Shown here in pieces: positions 52,646-64,000 of a stretch of 64,000 nt of DNA (position 1 is the stretch's first letter; each line of letters opens with the position of its first letter). The position numbers and the translations under genes are program-made. The stretch spans positions 100,628,001 to 100,692,000 of the forward strand of contig CM059432.1 of assembly GCA_030390025.1 (NCBI GenBank), in the 5' to 3' direction. The notes under the pieces are model-generated. The model worked only from the letters and a program-made list of their open reading frames with translations, was not told the origin of the DNA and made no database searches. Source of the stretch: Squalus acanthias. Lineage: Eukaryota.

Positions 52646-53378
52646 GGCTGAAAATTAAACAAAAGAACTCATAGGTACCACAACTCCTGCAGCACAGTCA
52701 TCCATTTTGATCCAGGTTCTTATTGTTTGCAAGACTGGGTCATTCTGGTAGTGCAAATGCTAAGAAGCATTTTCCAACGTGGGTTTAACACCTAGTTCAT
52801 AGTAAATCACAGTTCCCATTCCCTATACAAGTCCCCTGGCCAGATGTGTCACTTTCTATAGCTATTTTGCTTTCGTTCTTATGATGATCCAATGACTGAG
52901 CACTCAATTTTGTGGACTGATCTGTGGAGAGATAAAAGACCGTTTACATTATTAGATTTTGAATTATGCATGATGTTTTACTGTATCTACAAGATTGTTG
53001 AAAAGAAACAACACCGCTATTTAACTTGATTTACTTGGATCACAATACATGATGATGGACTCAGGACAATATTGACTAAGGATTTACAAGAATTTACTAC
53101 ATATTTTAGCATACAGATTAAAGAAGAGTTTATAAACATTATGCATTTATAAAGATGGCAAATATACTGATATCACTTACCAGAAACAGCAGACTCTGAT
53201 GAGGAGAGGTTGATATCTTTCCATCTTCAGTTTAATAATTGTGCCATTGTCTTCTCTGGTTATCTAAGAAACTTCCTTGATGACCTTTGATTTTCCTGTA
53301 TAGTATTTTGCTGTTTCTGTTAAAATGAGGTTTCAGTGTAGCAACCTTTTTCAGGTCAATTATCTCCATAGTTTTTTA

Positions 53379-55142
53379 GGCCGCGATTTTGCCAGCGCTC
53401 AGAGTGGGGGTTTGGAGGCAGGTCCGCTGTAAAAATCAAAATGATTGCCAGCAGGTTGGGAACCCGCTGCGAACCCGTCTCCATGTAAGTTTCCAAGTGT
53501 CGGGTCTGCGATTTCAGAACAGACCCGACATCAAGCGGCGGGAGAAGCATTTAAGATACTTAACTACTTGTTAAGTGCTTATTTACTAATATTTTTCCAG
53601 CCTTTTTCTATTTTATCACATTTTTAACGGGGTTCACGTCGTTCGGAGATCACGTCAGGTAAGTAGCTTTGGTTCTCTATGTCTCCCCATTGCTGTGAAT
53701 AGGTGACAGCTGCAAAAGTGGTATTAAAAGCTACCATTTCACAGCTGGTCACTTTCCAATGTCAGAAGCTTGAGCCTTCAGAACTTGGAAGACACTTTTG
53801 AGCTGTATGCAGTTTGGAAGTGTTTGGAGTAAACTCTCTCTCCACTGTCACCTCCGTGGAGCAAGCTCTCTCACCATTGACAGAGCACTTCTGTCATCTC
53901 AACTTCAGCTGCCATCTATTCCAGCAACATCGGTGCCCTTGAAAAAACCTCACCTTGGTCCTCTGAATCCCTCCACGATCAGCCCCGAACATCAACATCA
54001 CCAGGCACACCAACAACACCAACCTTCTCCGCAATCACCTGATGTTGCATAGGATACAGGGCATCAGCACCTGACAACATTGCTGCCCAGGAGGCCAGCG
54101 ATGGCATCACCATGGCCAGATTTACTTCACGTGACACTGTACACCCTGGCTGCCACATGATGCGTCAGGTTAACACCACCCCACACCATCACCATAAAGC
54201 ATTCCTACAATGACCAAGTCATTCCTATTACACTCATCACCATTGCAGGGGACACCGTTATGTCACACCATTCACTGCAACTCACAAAGACACTTCCAAA
54301 GGTGAGCACAGATTTATACAATAAGGCAAAGTGTTGAAAATAAAGATTTCAATGTTTGTCAACACATTAACAGAAACTTCACATGAACATTGCATAAAAC
54401 ACCCAAGTGCCTACCCTTGTGTGTTGTTAGTCGGTATGATTTGACTAGGATGAGGGTGAGTGTGAGGGGTGGCTAGTGAGATGGAGAAGTGATAATGTAG
54501 ATAGAGAGGGATGGGTGGAGGTGCAAGGTAAGTTGGTGTGCGTAAGGATGTGCAGGAGTAGGGTAGGGAAGGCAGAGTTATGGGGATGTGATGAGTGGCA
54601 CAGCAGGATGAGGTTGAGTGTGGCTTTGCAGTAACGTTTTGTGATCTACTGAGATCATTGAAAGGTTTGCGTCACTGCAGCCAGGTACTCCTGATGACAT
54701 CCCTGCTTTTGCCCTCCTGTGCAATGTGCAACCAGGCTGTGTTGGTGTCCTGGGGAGGTCTCTTCCGCCCTTGGAAGGGAAGAGAACCTCCCTGTGTGCT
54801 GTGACTCCCTCCATAAGCATATGGAGGGAGTCATGCGAGAGCCTGGGTGCAGCCATGCACCTTTGTGCAGTGCTTGTCAGTGTTTGCAGCACCTCAATGC
54901 TACAGAACACTGGCAGCACAACTGTCAAAATGAATGCGGCCATGGTCCATTTAAGAAAACTGGCTGATGACATGTCATCAGACCCGCTTCCTTTTAATTG
55001 GCCTGGAACCCCGCAGGGCGAGCTTAACAAGCCCTATTAACGGAAAATCCTTTTTACAGAGCGGGTATGGCCGGGAGCGGGACTGGAACCCGTCAACTAC
55101 CTTTCCCTCTGCGAACTCGCCTCCGCTGGCAAAGTCCAGCCC
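53379..55142 (-). mobile_element. Non-autonomous Harbinger with Myb remnant, second copy
   Basis: TIR GGCCGCGATTTTGCCAGC / GCTGGCAAAGTCCAGCCC. TSD TTA (53376-78, 55143-45). AAPRLSHDSLHMLMEGVTAHREVLFP. Confidence 0.85.
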
Positions 55143-55397
55143 TTAATATCCACCAACTTTTTTCAACATTAATGTGCTGTGCTTTTGACAGTCTCTGTCA
55201 TTAGCAAACTGGTTCCTCTTATTACTTATGTTGTGCTGCAGATATGAGAAGTTCCATTTTGGAAGCATGGGCATTCAGTGATATTTTCCACCCTTTATCT
55301 CGATCAACATAATAAATCATGTCACCTTCAAATTTACATGGTTACTTTCCCTAGGTAAATGCAGTGAGTTTGATTGACTTCAATGTTACAACATTAT

Positions 55398-55518
55398 GGG
55401 GTAGATTTGAACTTTTACTGCCAGGCGGAAAGCAAGAGGTAGCAATCGACAACTCGTTACACATCCTGCCCAATTTTCCATTCCAGTTTTCAGCCCGGCA
55501 GTAAAAGTTCAAATCTAC
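55398..55518. mobile_element. Tiny hairpin MITE (~120 bp)
   Basis: Perfect 22-bp IR GTAGATTTGAACTTTTACTGCC at 55401-22 and 55497-518. Confidence 0.7.
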
Positions 55519-56509
55519 TATGTCTGTTATATATCACATTCAGTACATTGGGCACGCATTTCATTTTAAACTCACGATAAATGTCTAGTATATGTTACTC
55601 CTGTAGATGGTGTTAAAATCAGCCGCGTTAATGTTAAAGGTGTGACCCTTAATAGCTACCATTTTATAGTGAGAGTGTAACACCTTATGATTGCACAATC
55701 TGGCCACTGGATTCCCACAAATTGCTCAAAATGCTTTCTGGAATTTTTTCAATGCAATTTTTTTCATAACTAAAATTTTCAATATTCAACATATGGGGTT
55801 AAACAAAACAAAAAATGATAACATGATTACATTTATTCACTGAAATTTTCTTTCTGTCTTTTAGTGTCTCAGTAAGATTTTCCTTGGAGGTCTCAGCCCC
55901 TCCCAAAAGCCTGGGATTGGATTTGAAATTGCGCCGAATTTTGGTGTAGAAATAATGATGAGGCTAATATCGCTCACTGTTATTTACATGGAAATTGGAC
56001 AGCAACTTCCAGCGACCGCACATGCGCAGTTAAATGCAAAAATCAGGAAGTAGCTGATCAAGATGCCCTGCTTCTCCAAAAGCTGCGCTACAATGATATC
56101 TCACTGTCAGACTCACCATTCAAATACATTCAACGATGTGAAGTTGCTGTATTTACCTCACAGATACAAACTAAACTCACCAGAAAAAGTTAGGGCTTGT
56201 CCATTCCAGTGTAACTATCCTTTTAATGGCGTGCTAAGTCTTGACTACTGCCAAACAACCTCTCTGGCACTGGAAATTAACTTTACAAGTGTGGAGTCTC
56301 ACTCCTTCAGATTTTAATTATTGTTGAAGATTTTTTTTTTAATTCTTTCTGTCTCTTATCTCCCTCTCTTAATCCCATCTTTCTTTCCCTCTTCTATTTC
56401 TCTTTTTGTACCTGATTTGACATTGAATTCACTATTCTAACTGACACTTCCTGCTTCAGACTGCGCTGCTCATAAACAATTCTTCAGTTTGATTGGTTAA
56501 GGAGATACA

Positions 56510-59500
56510 CATAGGATTACATAGGATATACAGCAAGGAAACAGGCCATTCGGCCCAACCAGTCCATGCCGGCGTTTATGCTCCACTCGAGCCTCCTCCC
56601 GTCTTTCCTCATCTAACTCTATCAGCATAATCCTCTATTCCCTTCTCCCTCATATGCTTGTCTAGCCTCCCCTTAAATGCATCTATACTTTTCGCTTCAA
56701 CCACTCCCTGTGGTAGCGAGTTCCACATTCTCACCACTCTTTGGGTAAAGAAGTTTCTTCTGAATTCCCTATTGGATTTCTTGGTGGCTATCTTATATTG
56801 ATGGCCTCTAGTTATGCTCTTCCCCACAAGTGGAAACATTCTCTCTGTATCCACTCTATCAAAACCTTTCATAATTTTAAAGACCTCTATTAGGTCACCC
56901 CTCAGCCTTTGTTTTTCAAGAGAAAAGAGACCCAGCCTGTTCATCCTTTCCTGATATATATACCCTCGCATTTCTGGTATCATCCTTGTAAATCTTCTCT
57001 GCACCCTCTCCAGTGCCTCTATATGCTTTTTATAATATGGCGACCAGAACTGTACGCAGTGTGGTCTAACCAAGGTTCGATACAGGTTTAGCATAACTTC
57101 CCTACTTTTCAATTCGAAATCTCGAGAAATAAACCCGAATGCTTGGTCTTTTTTTATGGCCTTGCTAACCTGTGTCGCAACTTTTAGTGATTTGTGTATT
57201 TGTACTCCGAGATCACTTTGTTACTCTACCCCACCTAGACTCGCACCCTCCATAGAAACATAGAAGATAGGAGCAGGAGTAGGCCATTCGGCCCGTCGAG
57301 CCTGCTCCGCCATTTAATGAGATCATGGCTGATCATCCAAATTCAGTACCCTGTCCCTGCTTTCTCCCCATATCGCTTGCTCCCTTTAGCCTTAAGAAAT
57401 ATATCTAACTCCTTCTTGAATATATTTAATGAATTGGCCTCAACTGCCTTCTGTGGTAGAGAATTCCACAGGTTCACCACTCTCTGGGTGAAGAAATTCC
57501 TCCTCATCTCAGTCCTAAATGGCTTACCCCTTATCCTTAGACTGTGACCCCTGGTTCTGGACTCCCCCGCCATCAGGAACATCCTTCCTGCATCTAGTCT
57601 GTCTAGTCCTGTTAGAATTTTATAAGTTTCAATGAGATCCCCTCTCATTCTTCTAAACTCTAGCGAATACAAGCCCAATCATCCCAATCTCTCTTCATAC
57701 GTCATTCCTGCCATCCCAGGTATCAGTCTGGTGAATCTTCGCTGCACTCCCTCCATGGCAAGAACATCCTTCCTCAGATAAGGCAACCAAAACTGCACAC
57801 AATACTCAAGGTGTGGTCTCACCAAGGCCCTGCACAACTGCAGCAAGACATCCTTGCTCCTGTACTCGAATCCTCTCGCTATGAAGGCCAACATACCATT
57901 TGCCTTCTTAACCGCCTGCTGCACCTGCATGCTTACCTTCAGCGTCTGGTGCACAAGGACGCCCAGGTCTCGTTGCACTTCCCCTTCTCCCAATCTATTG
58001 CCGTTCAGATAATAATCTGCCTTCCTGTTTTTGCCACCAAAGTGGATAACCTCGCATTTATCCACATTATACTGCATCTGCCATGCATCTGCCCAATCAC
58101 CCAGCCTGTCCAAATCATACTGGAGTTTCTCTGTATCCTCCTCACAGCACACACGCCCACCCAGCTTTGTGTCGTCTGCAAACTTGGAGATATTACATCT
58201 AGTTCCCTCGTCTAGATCATTAATATATATTGTGAATAGCTGGGGTCCTAGCACCGATCCCTGCGGTACCCCACTAGTCACTGCCTGCCACTCGGAAAAA
58301 GACCCGTTTATTGCAACTCTTTGCTTCCTGTCTGCCAACCAGTTCTCTATCCAAGTCAGTACCTTACCCCCAATCCCATGTGCTTTAACTTTGCACGCTA
58401 ATCTCTTATGCGGGACCTTATCAAAAGCCTTCTGAAAGTCCAAATACACCACATCCACTGATTCTCCCTTATCTATTCTACCAGTTACGTCCTCAAAAAA
58501 TTCCAGTAGATTAGTCAAGCATGATTTACCTTTTGTAAATCCATGTTGACTTTGTCCGATCTTATCACTGTTTTCCAAGTGCTCTGCTATTACATCTTTT
58601 ATAATAGACTCTAGCATTTTCCCCACTACCGATGTCAGGCTTCTCTCTACCACCTTTTTTAAATAGTGGGGTTACATTAGCTACCCTCCAATCCATGGGA
58701 ACTATACCAGAGTCTATAGAATTTTGTAAGATGACCAGCAATGCATCTACTATTTTGAGGGCCACTTCCTTCAGTACCCTAGTACTCCAAGTAATAAGTG
58801 ACATGCCTATGCTTCCGACCAAAATGTAATACCTCACATTTATCTGTGTTGAACTTCATTTGCCAATTGTATGCCCATTCTACAAGTTTATTAATATCCT
58901 CCTGTAATTTGTTTCACGCCTCCTCAGTATTGACTATCCCTCCCAATTTGGTGTCATCCGCAAATTTAGAAATTGTGTTTTTGATTCCAAAGTCTAAATC
59001 ATTAATATAAATTGTGAACAACAGTGGTCCCAGCACTGATCCTTGTGGAACACCACTACCCACCTTCTGACACTGTGAATAGCTACCTTTTACCCCTATT
59101 CTCTGCTTTCTGTCTTGAAGCCAGCTAGCTATCCATTCTGCTACTTGTCCCCTAACTCCGTATTCTCTGACCTTGTTCATCAGTCTATTATGGGGTACCT
59201 TATCGAAGGCCTTTTGCAAATCTAGATAAATTACATTGTCTACTCTCTCTTTTACCTCTTCAAAAAATTCAATGAGGTTGGTCAAGCAAGACTTTCCCTT
59301 TTCAAATCCATGCTTACTATTCATTACTATATTTTTGGTTTCTAGATGTTCTTCTATGTTCTCCTTTATAGGGATTCCATTATTTTTCCTACCACCGATG
59401 TTAAGCTGACTGGTCTATATTTCCCTGGACATGTTCTATCCACCTTCTTAAATATAGGTATTACGTTAGCTATCCGCCAGTCCTCTGGCACTACACCTTT

Positions 59501-59930
59501 TTTCTAACGGATTATTAAATATGTGTAGTAATGCCTTTGCTATCTCTTCCCTAGATTCTTTTAAAATGTGTGGATGCAATCCACCTGGACCAGAGTTTTA
59601 TCCTCTTTGAGTTTGATTCGTTTATTTAATATATCCCCTCTTTTTATTTTAAATGCACTTATCTCATTACTAATCTCATCATCCAATGTCATGTCCACCT
59701 GTTCTATCTCCCTGGTAAATACTGAAGCAAAACAATGATTTAATATTTCTGCAATCTCTCTATTGTTACCTGTGGTATTATCCTGTCTATCCCTTAATGG
59801 CCCTATTCCCATCTCAACCTTCCTTTTTTTTATTAATGTGCCTGTAAAATATTTTACTATTTTGTTTTATGTTCCTTGATAATTTAATTTTGTAGTTCCT
59901 CTTTGCCTTCCTAATTGCTTTTTTTATACA
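56510..59930 (-). mobile_element. Host CR1 ORF2/3' end interrupted by a younger CR1
   Basis: ORFs 59561..59812, 58914..59324 and 56609..57112. Tail cataggattacataggat. Confidence 0.9.
57251..58783 (-). mobile_element. Young 5'-truncated CR1, same subfamily as 7647-10532
   Basis: ORFs 57679..58653 and 57343..57678 are nearly identical to 8347..10440. Tail catagaaacatagaa. Possible short TSD ctcca. Confidence 0.92.
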
Positions 59931-60739
59931 ATTGCTTGCCCCATTCACACACATCCCAGGTGCCCTGTAGAGGGTGCTGCGCTGTTTGTCTCTCTCTCTA
60001 ATTTACAGTAAGTGCCAGTGCAAGATCCCATAGAAAGTCTATGGGCAGGTGCAAGTGTCGTTCATTTGCCACTGAGAACAAGATTCGGCCCATTATTGCC
60101 CAGAGCTGCGACTCTGTGAGCTGAATTTGGATTTTGTGGTCTGAGCATGTGCAATATGCCTAATTTCCCAAGCTACATCAGTACCGTTCCGTCAGCAGCG
60201 TGAAACTAGTTTTTGTTTAGCTTCCAGTTCTTTATACACAGAAGCTTTTCTTCAAATAATGTTGGGAAAAAAGAGTCTGGTTTCAAAAGCTTTATGTCGG
60301 TAAATTTATATTGAATTTTTTTTTTAAAAAGAGAGGCTGTATTGTAAGAATGAGTGAGAAAAAAATGACAAGCTTCTTTTAAAAAAAAAGAACACCTACA
60401 TTTTTAGGGTCAGCAAGTGACAATTATTCTCTCTGAAACATACTGCAACAATTCGTATATGGAAAATAACAGTCCTTCACTTGGCATAGTTGGGATCAAA
60501 AATGCTGCATGTCAGGAAATCATAGGGACAGGTGAAATAAATATTAAACCACATTATGACTTATTGCATTGGGAAGAAATGCATCAATCCAATATGTTGT
60601 CCTTAAAAATTAACTATACACATCATCCTACATTCTTAATATTAATTTGCTATTTATCAGTAATTTACTTTGAATTTGCTGAAAGGTGCTTTGACAAAAA
60701 ATGGTCTAAACCCTGTGGCAATTTCATAAATAGCAAGAA

Positions 60740-62280
60740 AGAAAGCATGGCCGCCAAAATCGATAACTCCCGAAAACGGGCACAAGGTTTTGTGATTAAC
60801 CCGTGCCCATTGAGTCTGATGCAGGTAGCACGGCAACTTCGTGCTACCTGGTCATTCAAATGATTGTAGCGTGCAGCCAGCGCTAATCGCGCTGTTCATT
60901 GGCTGCACACATCAGCAAGGGGCCCAAAATCGTGAGAGGCTAGCACCACTTAAAGTTAGCATGCACTACTTAAAGCCAGCCTGCACCTCTTAAAGGGGAG
61001 GTCAACTCCATTAGCACACTTGTGGACCCAACCATGATGCAACGTCTGATGGCCGATGTCTCAGCTTCCATTGCAGCACAAGCAGCAGCCACCCAACGTC
61101 TGAATGCTGCAGTGGAAACTCAGACTGCTGTCATGCAAAGTCAGCTTGCTGCCATGCAAGCTCAGACTGCTGCCGTCATGGCTGTGGATTACAGTGTGCA
61201 AAGGGGCTTGCAGGGTGTCACAGCAGTCCAGCAATCTGTCTTCCAACAGATTACTAGGATTGCTGAGGTGCCGCTCCGGGGGAGTGGCAGTGGCAGTGGC
61301 TCTGTGGATACGAACCTGATGTCCTCTCTCAGGATGACAGCATTTGTCCTCCCACCCCTGCCACTGTGCCAGTGCCCTTGCTGTTGCTTGTCAGCCAGCC
61401 AGCCCAGACTGCTGCCGCCCATGCCGAGATGGTGCAGTCCGCAGCTGGTCCTTCTAGGTCCACAGCTGCTTGAGGTCGTCTTCCAAGGCCATCTGCAGTC
61501 TCCTCCACTGAAAGTCAGCAGCCTTCCACCAGCCATGCTGCAGCCATTGGGGTAGCACTGCATAGGAGCACTAGGAGAGTCAAAGGCATACGAAGGACAG
61601 GCACTAAGGGAATGCACAAGAGTGATTCGATTACGTTTGTATACAATATGGCATACTTTGATATATAAACTTTGTTTGGAATATTTATTTAGTATTTCTG
61701 CATTTTGACCAAGTGGACGCTGTGATGGTCAGTGATAGAGGGAAGGTAAGGTGTGGGACTGTTGCTCGGATGAGTTCTTCACGGACAGCCTGGCCAGAAA
61801 GGGGCTATCTCGGTTGCCTCCTCCCTTCCGATTCCTCCTCCTCCTGCTCCTGAGCTGCTCGCCATATAGCTGGTGGCAAGTACTGTGCCCTCATGACGGC
61901 GAGCTTGTGCAGCATGCAGCAGACCACCACAACTCTTGGCACCCGCTCTGCTGAGTACTGCAGGGCTCCTCCAGAGCGGTCCAGGCAGTGAAAGCATTGG
62001 TCTGCTCTATCACATTTTGTGTGGCAACATGGCTTTCATTGTATGCAGGCTGCGCACGTGTGGATAGCTCTTGTCACTCAGTAGCCACCTTTTGGTTTGC
62101 TGTGATGGTTCAAATGCAGATGCCACAGCGGACTGCTGCAGAATGAAGGCATCTTAACAGATGCCAGGATATCGGGCATTGACCTGCGTGATTTGCTTTC
62201 TATGGTAGCACACCAGCTGGACACTGAGGGAATGGAATCGCTTTCGGTTGCGGTACATCTCAGAGTTGACATGCTCCTCG
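60740..62280. mobile_element. Internally deleted Harbinger relic, related to 27386-35518
   Basis: VDPTMMQRLMADVSAS...RGLQGVTAVQQSV (+) matches 32746-33025. Minus strand YRNRKRFHSLSVQLVC...VNARYPG..DAFILQQSAV matches the transposase. Confidence 0.8.
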
Positions 62281-62576
62281 AGTGCCGGGCTGCTGGCATG
62301 GCACCCCGGTAGTGCCCCGCAGAGTTGTGGGCTTGGGCCTTCCCCTTTACTGAGGGGAAGAGCCCTTCCATGCAGGAGCTCTACATGGCCCAGTGCATAG
62401 CACTGCAGAATGCACCACCCCGATATTCGGGGTTAGCTTTCTACGAAGGAAGTGGAGCGCTTGAATTAGCGCTCCACCTCCCTCTTGGGGTGCTAAAATT
62501 GAAGTTAGCGATCGCCGGCACTATTTTTCGCCGGGTGCTAAATTTCGCACCCAGGCAATACCGAATTTTTCCCCCC
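62280..62576 (-). mobile_element. Family-A-like MITE terminal fragment
   Basis: Ends GAATTTTTCCCCCC followed by TTA. Body resembles 22985-23320. Confidence 0.65.
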
Positions 62577-62850
62577 TTAGTCTTTCATTGAGTTTGGTTG
62601 GGAGCTGAACCTTTCAATCGCCACCAATGTAAAGTTGTACTGCCTCGATAAAGTAAACAAAGACCAGCAATTTGCCCCTTTCAATACCAATATCTGTTCA
62701 AAGAACAATAATTATTTACTTGCATTGGATTTAATTACATGACACCAATAATCATGTGTTAAAATTGCACCATAAGCATTTCAACTGAGAAAATACATAA
62801 TCATTTTGTTTTCATTAACAGGGGTTGTACTATTACATAACCAGAGACTA

Positions 62851-63105
<255 letters not shown>

Positions 63106-64000
63106 CTAATTCTATGAGATTGATGCAGTATTAACAGCATTGTACAACCTGGGATATATCAAGACTGAGAAAACTGGGTTTACAATCTGTATTTGGTGGG
63201 CTCAAGCGAAGAACTCCTGCTCCTCCTGGCCTCACCAAAAAGAAATTAGACATTTCCTGAGCCGTTTTGTGAGCGGCCACCAGCGGTCCCTCAGAGGACC
63301 GTTGATTTAGCCGTTCACTGCCTGGTACAAATAAGAGCGTGTACAACTCACACTTCGCCCATTTGTAATGGAAAATCGGGGTCCTATGACTGGCGAAGGG
63401 CCACGATATACATATTTAAGCAGCTTCCCGGCTGTTTCAGGCGGGTGGCTGCTTGTCCATTTACAGGCCTGCCTGAAAATGGCATCAGGTGGGCCTATGG
63501 CATTCTCCGATTTTAAATTGCCGACCATCCATTTTTCAGACAAGAAACGGCGGTTGGCAGCTGAAAATCGCCCTTTGTTCTATGGTGAGTGAAATACAGT
63601 ATTTTAATGCAAACCTTTATAATGACAACAATGCGTTTGTGGGGCAGTGCAACTGATTTTAATTGAATTGCTGGTTGTAAAGTATGTACTATTTTAATGT
63701 ACAGTTGCCTATTTGCTCTCTGTTCAACTTGCCAAGTTGTTGCTCTTAACAATGTCAGTGCCGCAGGTACTTTAAGATAATAACTGCATATGAAGTTAAC
63801 GTATGAATAAACAACATGTTGCTAAAATATGTTGGGAATTTTCAATAAAAATTCACGATGAATTCTTCATTTTCCCACACCAGCCATTCTTGTGGGGTCT
63901 GAGTGAAGGTGGCAATTAGTGTTCATCGATGGTCAGTTTTGGCTGTGGGATCCCATCTGTTGAGAACCAGGCTTTTAAAATATAATGTTTCAATGAATTA

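Noticed and set aside
53181..53295. Possible extra exon (strong donor at 53180) and a CTGATGA hammerhead-like box
   Set aside because: Acceptors are weak, lengths are not multiples of 3, and there is no CSMD-like peptide. No stem II or GAAA follows the CTGATGA.

Overview
This is vertebrate genomic DNA, very probably from a cartilaginous fish (shark). That inference rests on DeuSINE/SacSINE1-type SINEs together with abundant CR1/L2, Penelope and Harbinger elements. The whole window lies inside a CSMD-family gene (best match CSMD3) on the minus strand. Three in-phase GT-AG exons (63067-62865, 41885-41694, 22323-22185) encode CUB-Sushi-CUB segments and are separated by ~20 kb introns packed with nested transposons. 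Almost all ORFs in the track are TE-derived or spurious. Notable points: (1) short Penelope-terminus insertions carry minimal hammerhead-ribozyme cores in the sense of the CSMD3 pre-mRNA, one as a perfect 87-bp-arm palindrome with a 13-bp flanking duplication; (2) a PIF/Harbinger series runs from a convergent two-gene relic (spliced Myb/SANT gene plus DDE transposase) through Myb-retaining derivatives to GC-rich MITEs with variable 3-bp TSDs, including a MITE-in-MITE-in-CR1; (3) young inverted repeat pairs bracket the CSMD3 exons. Boundaries of old degenerate elements are approximate, and family names come from recalled motifs, not from searches.
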